This document shows, piece by piece, positions 1-12,365 of a DNA stretch of 64,000 bases. This stretch comes from Takakia lepidozioides. Lineage: Eukaryota > Plantae > Bryophyta. The stretch is from contig CM060733.1 of NCBI GenBank assembly GCA_030704615.1, positions 7,688,001 through 7,752,000 on the forward strand, given 5' to 3'. The position numbers were made by a program, and so were the translations under genes. The notes below the pieces were generated by a model. The model made no database searches, had not been told where the DNA came from, and saw only the letters and a program-made list of their open reading frames with translations. Each line of letters starts with the position of its first letter. Position 1 is the first letter of the stretch.

Positions 1-2328
1 TCATGTTTTCACTAACGTGTTCCATGCACTATTACTTTTTATCTAACCTGTTTGAATGTTGAGAACCGTCAGGTGACTTCACCCCACCTCGGATAGCTCG
101 CACTATGGCAGCCTCTTCTTTGGAGTCTTGTTTTTTGAATTTTCGTGCTAGTTTTCTGCACCAATTGTAGCACTCGGGTTTTTCCTCTGGGATGTTTTGT
201 CTCCACCCAGCTTGCAGGGTGAGTTTTTCTTCCAGGGTTTTTTCATCCCTTGTGTGCCGGGTAGGTAGCTTGTTTTGACTAGGCTTCAGTTTGTTCTCCC
301 TGAGCTCATCACTCGCAGGAGCTCGCAGTTTCTTGTGGCCCTAGCAGGCTTCACATATGTAGAGTTGGGATTCCTTCTCACCTTATTTTTCGACATGGAT
401 GAATGGAAGGAGGGATGTGCTCCGGATGATTTAAGGGATGGACGAAGCCAGGATGAAAGCTGGATGGACTTACACCTTGCGCATAAGGATGAGCTGGCAA
501 CAACTGATGGCTTTATTAGGGGCTGTCTTATTCTAACAGTTAGTTTAGGATGGGACTGGGTGATCTGGCTTCTTTCTATGGCTGTGCTGGAAGGGCATCT
601 GGTGGACCTATGTGTAAGTGCCACACGACACTAGGATTAGATTATGACCTAATACTATTTAAACCTCACTGCCACTACAACAGATGAGCGTTTTTATGAC
701 TGCAAATATGACTATTTTTTCAGTCATATATGCGTTCATGACTACATGACTCTGAAGTGAAAAAACGGCGTGATAGCGACTAGTCTTTACGACTGCGTTT
801 TGCAAGTCATAGCCGTGACTGCGTGCGTGACACCTGGAGTCATGCAAAAGAGAGTGATGTAGTCACAACTCTATAACTTACATATGATTAACTATATGAC
901 TACATTGTCTACTAAGCGTTGCCTACATTGAGAGGCTTCAGTGGAACATGTGCACCACTGCGCAAGCGACACGTCACGCATTCGTGAAGGGATCATATGA
1001 CTATATATCTGCAGAGCGATGTCTACATGGAGATGCGCCGGATGAACACGTGCGCCACTGCGAATTTGACACATCATTTTTAAAATATTTTAATATTTTT
1101 AATTTTAATAAAAACAAATTACAAAATTACAAAATTTAGATTATTAATTGATTTAAATTCTTCATTATATTTTTGGGAAAGAGAATGGAAGGCCAACGGG
1201 GCTTGTACAAGTCCTGCAAATCATATTACAAAATTCCAAATTGGACAAGCATCCCCGCGGATGCCTCAAAGACTAATGCGGAGCAAAAATTAAGCAAACC
1301 GACACAAGGGCAGAAGTTTTTTAGTACTACTACAGTTCTGGTACTACTAGATTGAAGGACTCTATTTACAACTATCGAGTGCAATACTCCTTACAACTGC
1401 ATTTGGCCAACAACTCCGAAACGAACTTGGTGGCAGTGTGGCAGTCACCATACACCCAAAGATTCTTCACGAGATGGAGAGACATCCCGGCAGCTCATCA
1501 GCCCAAAACCTCGATTGTCCCACTATTGACTGGGGTCAAAAAAATTCCACATCTTCTCTTCGTCTCTGTTACCTGTTTTTGGATACTTTTCTGTTGTCAC
1601 GTTGGCAATTTCATGTCAAAGTCACTCCAAACTATTAAAGGTTCACTCAACCAGCTAACTTGCAGAATTCATAATGAAAATCGACAATGACGCAATGGCG
1701 TGAGCCTTGCGCGTGAGCGCGCGAGTGTGCGCTCACGCAAGAGTGATGTGGCATGAGCGTACGCTCACGCTGACGTGGCGTGAGCGTCATGTCAGCAGGC
1801 TGATGTGGCGGCAAATGATGACGTGGCACTGCGCCGTCATCAGCCACGTCAGCAATAACATGCGTCGCCTATAACCGAGGATGGTCCTATGACCGTGGGA
1901 TTAATGCAGGGAATCCTTGGCTGAATACAATCAAGACTACCATGAAGCCTACAATTGTAGCATCACTTTTACAATTACGAGGACGAGAAAATATCCTCAC
2001 AAAGTGTGCGCCATAGAGGCTGCCACGAGAAGACTAGAGTCCCTCCCCAAATAACAATGAGAGTTAGGATCATCGTCAAAAGATGATTGCAGTGCATAGC
2101 GACAGGAAGACATGTAGACTTCGAACGGTGCAATGATGCATGTGCTTATAAAAGTTGTCACTCAGAGCTCACTCAGTATAGTTGGAAGCATAATGGAGGG
2201 ATAAGAGACGTCATATCATTGCACCGCCGACGATGTTGCAAACGAATTGATTTGAATTGAATTTCCATGACAATGTTATTGGACATTTCATAGCATGGTC
2301 GTCCACATACCACATTGCATAGTTGATG

Positions 2329-4064
2329 TTACCTATGTGTTGTATCCCACTGCAATAGAGTATCGACCTCGTTGAAACTTAGAGTGGTCTGGTGAACGAA
2401 GTTGTCACGTTTGGGATCGCAAACCATCCTCTTCAAAAATATGAAATACAAATGTTTGCAGGGTATGAATTTACCTCTCTTGCCCAAACTGGTTGATAGC
2501 ATATTCACAAAATCAGGACATATTGGGGAAATTGGAAACCATGATGTCGTAGGCCCTGTCATGAACAGCAGATGTCAAAGTGATCATTGTAGCTTTCCAT
2601 CTCGTTTGGTTGGCCACAAGTGAGGATTTGCCGGAGGTCCCCGAGAGGACGCAGAAGTAGTAGCACATGCATGCAGTTGGGGTTGTCTCGCAAGGGAAAA
2701 GTCTGCCTCCTCCAGCATTGCAATCTTCTGACTTGTGAGATGTGTTCCCACCTTGACGGGCCAAACAGTTGGAGGAACTGGCTTCATCACCACGGAAGGA
2801 CGCACAGTTCCATGCACACATCTGCCACAATTATCTGCGCAGAAACAGAACTTGTGGTTCTTGGCTTCTGGTTGACGGTATGGACGCATCAAACCCGTGA
2901 AAGTCGGAGCAGGAGTCCGGGCACCAACTCTGAATATAGATGAAGTGCACTTCTCAAAATTAGTTGCCCTGATCGCTGTACATTTCACACGAGACCCTGC
3001 ACTTGTGCGTTCTATGTGCCAAACGTGGTCCGGGCATGCGGACTCAAGCACATCAAGGGGGTTGTTTCTCTCCTGCACCATTTCAATGACACTGTTTGAT
3101 GCTGGAGCCTGCCGTCGTATTGGAGGTTCCTCCAGAATGGAGGTTCCGGACATGGATCTGTCATGCAGGGGAACACGAGGCTTCGAGAAGTTATCACAGT
3201 CTGCCCTGTGCAAATCGGAATCCGGACCAGGTGGAGTGTTCAATTTCCTCTTACACGAGCCAAATCTCTCATCCCCTTCAAGATGTGGAACTCTTGAAAC
3301 AAGTGGCGTTCCCTGGGCATACATGCTCACCGCCCGTGCTATCTTGCTTGGATCCCCAAATCTGTTTGCAGCACGCAACATCAACTCCAATTTGTCCGGA
3401 CCCTTGCCACCAACCCCACCTCGCAAGAAATCACGGTATCGGGTTTGTTGTTGCAAGGCACGTATCAAATCATCTGTAGTTGCCACATACAAATCCCGAC
3501 CTCGTTTCCCAGACTATTGCAACCATGCGTTGTGCATAGTCTCTGCCAAATTGTAAGATGGCATGTCCGCCATTTCCTCAATGGACATGTTCTGCAAAGA
3601 GGAGAACCACACTTCAGAACAGTGCACAGGAAACAACATAAAGAAAGCAAGGAGTCAAAAATATGGAAAGCAAATATATGAATAAAGCAAGAAATAGAAG
3701 CCTCGTACCATTGTCATGGCTGCTCCCCATTGTCTATACCAGAAGTGCCAAAACGCCAGCCAATCTTCCAATGCTCTCATACTCTCAAGCGATGCATCTC
3801 TAGAAGAGAACCACCAGGCACGAATTGTCTGGAACAAAGTGTCCGCCTCCTTCATTGTTCTAGCATCTTTGTACTCTTTGCACAATGTATGGTGCTGAGT
3901 CTGCATCTCTAGTTTGATGTCCACCTTTGTATGTTTCTCCAGAGATTGTGTCCAATGGAATAGACATGTACGTTCTCTTCCCGGCATTGGCACTTTTGGG
4001 TCGCCCGATCCGAAGACAATTCGAACAACATTGAAATTCGCCTGAGCACTATCCGCCATGTCCT
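2329..4064 (-). pseudogene. MULE-A transposase, C-terminal half (second Asp, CxxH, catalytic Glu, SWIM finger)
   Basis: MADSAQANFNVVRIVFG...TCLFHW (MULE D and CxxH), an intron at ~3705-3592, then ...NLAETMHNAW... (Glu), ORF 2584-3492, and a terminal SWIM-like CPDF...PCKHLYFIF (ORF 2329-2562). Continues the + strand half ending at 8433. Confidence 0.85.
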
Positions 4065-4065
4065 G

Positions 4066-5821
4066 TCTGCTTGGACTTTACAGTTTTCTGCACGATGCCA
4101 TTCCAATCTGTCAGTGAGTAATGTGCAAATAGTGAACGTCCGTACCGACCATCACTCTGTCTCCTCTCAAATCACAGTGAATGGCGGCACCGACATTCAC
4201 AACAATCTACAAAACCAAAGCTGATCCAGACGAATGCAAACCAAAACAATATGACTACATAGTGATGGTCGGTACCGACAATCACTATGTTTCTGGGCAA
4301 ACATGTACACTAAGGTTCTGAGCATTTGAGAACGGCGTTAACGTCAATGCATTTGACATTGCATTTAAAGGACCTTTTTGGTGCAATGAAATATATGTCT
4401 AAGTGATTGGCGGCACCGACACTCAGTCTAGTTTAGGGCAGAAATTGAGTGCAGATAAGTGAGAGAGACTCCATTGTGATGATCGTCACAAACAATCACT
4501 TTTTCTTGTCTGTCTCGAACATACTTTCCAATCGATACTCTACATGAATCTATAGTATGGTCGCCAAAAAAGTGATTGGTGGTACCGCCATTCCACTTCC
4601 CTAATCTGTTCAACCTGAAACATAGAAAATGCAATGCAAGACTAACTAACTGAACATGCCGACCATCACTCTACCTCCACGCACACAGGTACATAAAGCT
4701 CATGAGGAGAATCGAATGGCGTTAACGACAATCACACTACACTAGAATCAAATGTCGACAATCACATGTTCCTGCTACAGAATGAAAGAGAAGGAGTGTT
4801 TGAAAGGCAATCAGACTGACTCTACGATCTGAAGAACAGTGAATGGCGGTACCGCCAGTCACAAAGTGCTGGTGTGGAAAACCATAAACAGAGGAGTACA
4901 AAGCAAATCAACGTGGCTTCATAGTGAATGGCGGTACCGACAGTCACAAACTGCAGGTGTGGAAAACCATAAACAGAGTAGTACAAAGCAAATCAACATG
5001 GCTTCATAGTGAATGGCGGTACCACCAGTCACAAACTGCTGGTGTGGAAAACCATAAAAAAGCAAATTAGCATGGCTTCATAGTGAATGGTGGTACCACC
5101 AGTCACAAACTGCTGGTGTGGAAAACCATAAACAGAGGAGTACAAAGCAAATCAGCATGGCTTCATAGTGAATGGCGGTACGACCAGTCACAAATTGCTG
5201 GTGTGGAAAACCATAAACAGAGGTGTACAAAGCAAATCAGCATGGCTTCATAGTGAATGGCGGTACGACCAGTCACAAACTGCTGGTGTGGAAAACCATA
5301 AACAGAGGAGTACAAAGCAAATCAGCATGGCTTCATAGTGAATGGCGGTACGACCAGTCACAAACTGCTGGTGTGGAAAACCATAAACAGAGGAGTACAA
5401 AGCAAATCAACATGGCTTCATAGTGATGGTCGGTACCGACCATCACTTTCTAGGACATTGCACTCACTCTCTTCGTAGATCTTTAAACAGGAAATGGAAG
5501 GTAGAGAACACTTACTGGCGCCTTCTTAGGTTTTGAATTTGGATCCCCTTCTGCAGCTTTCCTCTTCCTTTTTTCATCTGCTGCAATTTCTGTCTGCTCT
5601 AGGGTTTGTAGACCTTCTCCCGGATCAACGTTCCCCGGACTTCCACCTCCTTCAGTTTCCATGCGAATCAGCTCTGCTTCCACAGTCTGGTTTCCAACGC
5701 TCACTGTTCTCTCTGACTGTGTGACAGCTGCAGCCTCATTCTCGGTCTGCTCTTGTGTTGCAGTCTCCGCGTTCACCTGCTGCCTTGGCCCTGTGTTCTC
5801 CATCAAGCGACGCCTCGTCAT
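4066..5821 (-). pseudogene. MULE-A second gene, 5' exons (inside the inverted segment)
   Basis: ORF 5483-5821 (acidic, basic NLS-like KRKRK) ends at a GTAAGT donor. Candidate exon ~4614-4525 (VEQIREVEWRYHQSLFWRPYYRFM*SIDWK|gtatgt). Exon from 4107 (IGMASCRKL*SPSR) runs into the breakpoint. Exon set is incomplete. Confidence 0.55.
4839..5446. repeat. Tandem array of ~83-bp units (about 7), each with a 24-bp palindromic core GTGAATGGCGGTACCGCCAGTCAC
   Basis: Repeating ...agtgaatggcggtac(c/g)(g/a)ccagtcacaaactgctggtgtggaaaaccataaacagaggagtacaaagcaaatca.catggcttcat... Confidence 0.95.
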
Positions 5822-6780
5822 TTGCTCTCTTGCTCTGAGTCTCTCTTTAAGGGAAGTAAAATAGAGTGACTTCCTTCTCTTTCGAATCGTAGAAGAAACC
5901 CTCTCCAGCTTGACTACCTCTCTCCTTCTAAGTGCGGAAACTTGAAGACAAAGTGAGTTGCGTGCGTGCGTTGGCGATTGCCTCTAGAAGCATCGGATTC
6001 CCTGTCGCATGACCGTTACACAAATGTCGCTCCCTTATTAGTGCACCTGCTAGCCATTAGTGGACAGCTGTTCGTCTGCAATGTAGTAATCGATGTCTGA
6101 CGTGTGTCGCCCAAAATGAACGGCGTGTCGTTTATTTGAAAGGTTTCAATAATTGAAAATAACAGCGACAAATAATATAAATGAATACCACATTGCATAT
6201 AAACAACGACTGCTCAGCCTAAAACTAATGGTCTGACTGCTCAGCCTAAACCAAAATGCCTATGCCATCAGAACCTTGCCACCGTGGAATAAAATATATG
6301 GGGCCATTTGGTGCACAATCTTAGACAAATAAATGTAAGTGAACGAGTGTTTGATGACACATTTTTGGATATCATACATGTAATCCAACCCCATGTACGT
6401 TTCACAATTGGACTTTCCAGGTGCGCATGATAATTGGTACTAGTATAAAAATGCATTTACTTCATCTATCCCACCCTCACATCCTTTGGCACACTTCCGA
6501 GAAATCGGCTGGTTATTATGTTTATTGATGAGGTTTTGAATAAAGGTTTAACAGCTACCGAAATTGTTCCTAGGGATACTCTGTCTACAGGGCCCACAAA
6601 AAAGGTAATTAAAATGGACAGCTGCATGTCTGGAAGGAATAACAGAATGTGCACAATCATCGTGTGAGCTTTCTCCGCGATATTCTCTGCTCATTCTTTA
6701 ACAGTGTACTGGAGACCTCAGTCAACAGATTTCACTGAAGAGCTACGATAGCAAGGCATCTTCGTACTAGAGGAGGGAAG

Positions 6781-8433
6781 ATGGCTTCCTCTGAAGCGGA
6801 GTTCTTCTCTGACGACAAACCAGTGCCGTTCTCCAAGGAAGCCCTTGACAATGGATTCGCAATTGTCCTGGAACATGTCTTGGCTACCCGGTTTGAGCTT
6901 CAGAATGGCTCCATCTTTTTTGAAGAAAGAGGTGTACGATTTGGAAGGGAAGTTGTTGAAATACTCTTTCCAAAACCGTGATGAGACGGCTCATGTCAGC
7001 CAGTGGAGAGTGCGCCCTAGTCAATACAGAGTACTTGGAGAGCCTCGGCGGAAGTCCCTTGGATCATATGTGACGCCCGGGACTGCTGCTTCAGTCGTTG
7101 AAGACAAGAAGGAGGTGGTGGTGAAAAAAGAGCAGACGTCCTCCACTCCAATCGTTGAGCTTTCGAATTTGTCCGATGATGACATAAGTGAAATTCAAAA
7201 TCCAGGCCTTCATACTATAGTTGGGGAAGCGGATGAAGATTGCATTCGTAGTGTTATTCCAAAACTGCGGGCGATGGGAGGAATGGCAGGTTTCAAAAGT
7301 GAGTTGCGAGGAATTCATTGGGAATCTTTGAAGCAGGTGCCTGTGAAGTTCCTGCCAGAGACTTTTGATGGCGATATCCTATTCGAGCTGCCTCCTCCTC
7401 CGCGAGTTGGAGGTGTCACAATCATGTTGCATGGAATGGACAAGAAACACGACGGGCATCCGTGGTGCAGAACAAAAACATCTAATATTTAAAATGATGA
7501 CAAGCTTGTTTTCAGGAGAACAGTTTGCAATGGACACCTTAGGTGTGATAATTTGAATTGCAGACACTTTCTTCAGTCTGGGGTTCACAATCAAAGCGAG
7601 TGGGAGGGTCTGGTGGAAAATCCATTTAAGCCTGGGACTGCCCTTCCACCGGCAAACACTTTCGTTTGCAAATTCTGCAAACTTGTGCCATCCTGCCTGA
7701 CGCTGTGCGGAGCAAGAATGTACTATGTTGTCTACCGTTTGAAAACAATGACAAGAGCTTGTGTGCATTTTGGTTTCCATAACCATCCTGTCTCGAAGGG
7801 GGATTACAATGAGAGTGTTGAGACAGTATCGAGGTTGATTAAACAGGAGTACGAGAGAAACCCATCCGCAACAACATCTGCAATTGCTCTTGGCGCAAGT
7901 AAGTCCTTCTTGGAAAGCCATATTTTGAGTGAAGGGGTTTTGTGGGGACTAAACTTGACGGTGCCGCATTGGACCTGGTCATGGATCATTTCTCCACTTT
8001 GAGTTCACCTAATATTCGACATCAGATCAATGCATTGAGAATGGGCTCTGGGATCAGAGGCTACATAGACAACATTTTGGAATTGAAACGACTGAGCAAG
8101 TACGACTACATCCAGGACAATGTTTTCCCAGATCAAGGTGCCATCAAAGTGTTTCTTTTCAAAATGTCGACTGTTGGGGAGGGCAGTGGCGTTAGCCTCG
8201 TGAAGCGGATGCAGAAGACTGGGACTTGTAGAATTGTTTTCTTATGTTTGATCATGTGAAACGAGTGAAAGACTGGACGACAATGGCTTGTCATGTGTAC
8301 GATCCAGTGTACCAACGAGTTATGACAATTGCAGTTTGTGACATGCAATCCGAGGATACGGAATCCCAGAAGCTCATGTGGAATTCCCTGATACGTGTTA
8401 TGGGCTGCCATGGGGTGCCATCTCCAAATTTCG
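6781..8433 (+). pseudogene. MULE-A transposase, N-terminal half (GCM-like Zn finger, first catalytic Asp)
   Basis: Chained ORFs 6781/6845/7553/7942/8244 with stops and frameshifts. Motifs DGHPWCRT...CNGHLRCDNLNC...CKFC...C...GFHNHP (WRKY-GCM1-type), then MFDHVKRVKDWTTMACHVYD...CDMQSED...GVPSPNF, where similarity stops abruptly at ~8433. Confidence 0.85.
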
Positions 8434-11400
8434 CCTTCCACACCCTTTGATGTCCTATGTTCCTCTGTTGTAGTGCGGTAGTATTCGGATTTCCCCTTCT
8501 CAGCTGCCTCTGCCAGCTCTTGCTGCATTGATCACTATGACAAGCATGTGCACCCGGAGATGCAGCAGGAGAAATTGCACCGGCTGGCCATCTCCATGGT
8601 CGACCCCCAAACCAAAATAAGGTGGCTGGAGATTTGGAACTCAGATCAAACAGTGAAGGACTTGAATCAGTTCCCAAAGATCACTATACAGCCTAGCACA
8701 AAAGTGGAAGGAATCAGTGACATTGTGTTTGACAACTGGCTTCACAAGGCTACATTTTGGAGTCAGGTATGTACTCAAAGAAACTCCATTTTTGTTGACT
8801 TCATGAATGTACCTTATTTGAGACAAATGTACCATTTGCAATTGTGCAACTGGAGAGACATTTGTCAATTGTTTCCTCCCCGCCTCAAATGACATTGGAG
8901 GCATACATAAGGAAGTGGAGAGGTTTCATCTGGAGATACTGTTTTTTCCGAGAGTTCTCCAAGGACGGTAACATTTTGCGGTCCAACGACATTGACAGTC
9001 AGGTTGGGGGAGAGTGGGTCATGATGCGAGTTGTCTATAGGTGCAATGTCCTACTGAGAAATATTTAGACTTTGTTAGCAGTGTAATCACAGATCCAAAG
9101 TAATGTCGGTGCCGACATTCACTTCTATGTCTGTGTCCTTCCAAACCTAGAGATTGCATTCACCTGGATTAGCAACTTAGTGTGTGTTTGCAGTGTCCTT
9201 GAATGGAATTTTGTGAATGGCGTTGACGACATTTACATCCAGAGCTGTTGTGAGCTCCAAAGATTTTTTGTACATTTTGTATGTTCCGTTGACATTTTGG
9301 TGAGTGTTCCTCACTCGAGGTGTCTGAATGTCGTTGCCGATATTCACTTTCTTTGCAATGTTGTTGCCTCTTGTGAGAAATTGTTGTAATCAACGATCCA
9401 AAGTGAATGTCGTTGCCGACATTCACTCCTATGTCCGTGTCCTTCCAAAGCCAGAGATTGTATTTACCTGGATAAGGAACTTAGGGTGTGTTTGCAGTGT
9501 CCTTGAATGGAATATTGTGAATGTCGTTGACGACATTCACATCCAGAGCTGTTGTGAGCTCCTGAGAGCTCATTTTTCATTCTGTGCTACTGGCATCTTA
9601 CTCACTTCACGCTTTGGTGGGTTGTGTTTTGTCTTGTGTTTCACAGGTACATGAAATAAATGCTTATGGATGGAAATCACCTCACGGTATTTCAGACTAT
9701 CTTGACTTGTGGTCGGACCCTGCAAACGATCCAACCATGTACACTGCAGGGATATTGAAGGACTGGAGTCCTTCTCACTTCAGAGACTGTGGTTGGTACC
9801 TAGACTGCCCACCTGAGCACACGACCTTTCAAGAGCAGCACATTAAATATTTGAACAATAATGCTGAGATGCTGGCGCCTCTGAATGACGAGGAGTACCA
9901 AAGAAACATAGCAACATTGGTTGCCAAAGAGCCTGATGCTCATTAAATGACGCAGAAGGGCAAGAAGGCGGGGCGCAAACCAAAAGACAAGGCTCCTGAT
10001 GTCATAGCCAGGTCACCAGCAAAGCCAAAGGACAAAGACAAGTCCAAGGACAAGGAGAAGGAAAAGGACAAGGGGAAGGAGAAAGAAACAGAAAGGAGAT
10101 GGAAAAAGAGAGTGAGAAGGACTTCACTGTTGGAAGGTATACCCGCACAATTCAGTGCGTGTTCGATGCCAAGCCACACCCTTCTCGTGCAGATTCGGCA
10201 CGCGAGATTAAGATTGTCAATGAGGGATGGCTGGCGATGATGCAGAGTCGAAAAAGAGGATACACTGGGGTGCCTTCGCCTACCTAGGACAACATGATCT
10301 CATTCCTTAATCTGGTGACAATTTGATTTTCTTTCATTTGCATCTGTCAGTGTCATTTGCTACCTTAAAGTTTGGTTCTTTGAAAACATTCTTGTCTTCG
10401 TTCTAAAATTTGACATGTCTGTTGCAGGTGAGCACTGGTCCCACCTTCGTGTGCGGTGTGCAGAAAACATTTGCGGCTAACATTGTCATTCTCGACATCC
10501 CGGACGGCCAGGCTGTGCCAGAAGTTCTTCCGAAGGGCAAGAGCCAAGCTGGAACAAATTCGATGACAACTACTGGAGTTGGGTATTCGGGTTCTGCAAT
10601 AATTTCCTCTCTGATGCAGGGACACTTCTGCTTTTTCAATCATGTGACAAAGATAGTCGTCGGGCCTTGGCATCATACCTGAAGTCCTCTGGGTTTGAAG
10701 TTTTGCGCACATGGAATTGTGTGAATAGCCTATACCTTGTGAAAGGGGGTTGTCCTGGTCAGCTGGTATGCCGTCTCCCTTCTTCTTGTGCTTTCATGCT
10801 GCGTTTCAATGTTCTCTGCAGCTCCACTATAGAAGAATGTGTAATGATCGACACCGATCATGACAGATTCGTGACAAAACAGATTGTTGTATGCATTTGT
10901 TTTGAATTTCCAGTGTGCAAACTTCCACTATAGTTTGTGTTTACCACCCTAACCTGCAGTCTTTGGCAGACGAGGATGTTCGAGGCGATCTGCCTGCAGA
11001 GGATTCGCACCTCAAAGACACCATCCTCCGTCTGCAGCTTTGAGATTTCTGACCAGGGTTGTTTCGTCAACCCCCCGTATGAGCCGCATGTCGATGACAT
11101 TTTGTACAACTTCATGCAGTCCAATCAGACTCTCAAGAGACCAGATGGCACTCCCTGGAGAGGTGCAAAGGAAAAAACCCCAGCGATCATGCAGATACTG
11201 CTGGAGTCATGCAGCCACCATTCTGCACGGGTGGTCGATCTTTATGTGTCCACAGGTTCGTTCTCTCCCTTCCGAATTGATTTTCTTTTCACCAGTTTCA
11301 TCTTCTTAAATCCCCCCCCCACCAACCTGTTCATGTCCTCCTCTTTGGTGCAGGAGCAACTTACCATGCATGCAAGGCAGGCGGAAGAAGCATTTTTGGC

Positions 11401-11464
11401 ATGGAGGGTGATTCTGACCTTTACAAGATAGTGCTCCTCCCCCTTTTGTCTGGCTCCACTTTAG
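8434..11464 (+). pseudogene. MULE-A second gene, 3' exons ending in a beta-class N6-adenine/N4-cytosine DNA methyltransferase-like domain (N6_N4_Mtase type)
   Basis: Exons ~8434-8766, 8823-9003, 9648-10269, 10428-10765, ~10960-11255, 11354-11464 with GT-AG borders. Motif IV-like VILDIPDG (DIPD at 10494-10505), then W..F...FLSDAGTLLLF...SGFEVLRTW, then EKTPAIMQILLESCS...VVDLYVSTG|ATYHACKAGGRSIFGMEGDSDLY (motif I region). Motif order matches the beta class. Contains stops and frameshifts. Confidence 0.75.
9085..9562. repeat. Intronic tandem duplication (~304-bp period) carrying the same 24-bp palindrome family
   Basis: gatccaaagt...gccgacattcact...gtccttccaaa...cagagctgttgtgagctcc occurs at ~9092 and ~9395. 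Confidence 0.85.
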
Positions 11465-12004
11465 GCACATAGACTGAGAGGATTCAAATCCAAAATGATG
11501 ACGATCCCGAGGATAAGCAGGTCGACAACAACTTTTCATGTGAGTAAGTCCTAAACCCACTTTGGGAGCCATCCCAATTTCTCGGACATCAAATTTATAG
11601 TAATAACTTTTTTCGAGCTGTGACTTGCATGAAAGGCAGCGATGGATCTTCAAGAGATACCCCCATTTGTGACGAGTCTATTTTCGACAGCCCCCTTTCC
11701 AATTTTCTGCTTCCTGTGTATGCCGAAGCAATGGCACTTCATGCGGCCGAGTCTCTATCCCCTGACTTTTTATTGCCCGGCCGTAGGTGTAGCCAGCGTA
11801 GATCCGGAGTTCTTCAATACTTAGACTTAGATGCAGAGGACGTGGGGATACATTGTACTGACTCTGAGTCAGACTGAACTTTGTTCTTTTACTGTTCTGT
11901 TTCATCCTCTTCGGAAAACATTGAATCCCCTTACTCCACTGTAGTTGTTCCGACAGAAAAAAAAGAAAATCAAAGAATCCACTTTCATTAAAATGGCAAT
12001 ATGT

Positions 12005-12365
12005 ATGAATCCATCCCACAAACCCCACTCACTCTTGTCATCTCCATTGTGCATTCATCTATTGTGCATTCATGCGTGCTCCATTCGTGAATGTTTTCCT
12101 TTATTAAACATCAAGTATACATTCATCCACTGTACTCTGTAATCCACCCCACAAACCTACCACACTCATGTCATATACATTGTGCATTCATCTACAGAGT
12201 ATTCATGCATCCTCCAGTCATGAATGTTTTCCATTATTCAACATCCATTATACATTCATCCATTTTACTATTACCCATCCCACATTCATCCATCTACTTT
12301 CATTTTTCGCACTCATCCATCTGTTTATCATCCACTCTACATTCATCCATCCTTCATTCATCTAT
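12005..12365. repeat. CATTCATCC/ATCC-rich low-complexity subterminal region of MULE-A
   Basis: Dense cattcat/catcc motifs just inside the right end. Confidence 0.7.

Noticed and set aside
4131-5446. CRISPR array
   Set aside because: Eukaryotic intronic context, no cas genes, degenerate repeats, very uneven spacer lengths, and the right half is a plain tandem repeat.
4040-8460. Classical invertase (serine/tyrosine recombinase) switch with inverted repeat sites
   Set aside because: No inverted repeat longer than ~1 bp at either pair of breakpoints and no recombinase ORF recognisable in the window.
10428-11464. Bacterial contamination or a restriction-modification operon
   Set aside because: The domain is split by GT-AG introns, sits in a TSD-flanked element nested in a CACTA, and has no endonuclease partner.
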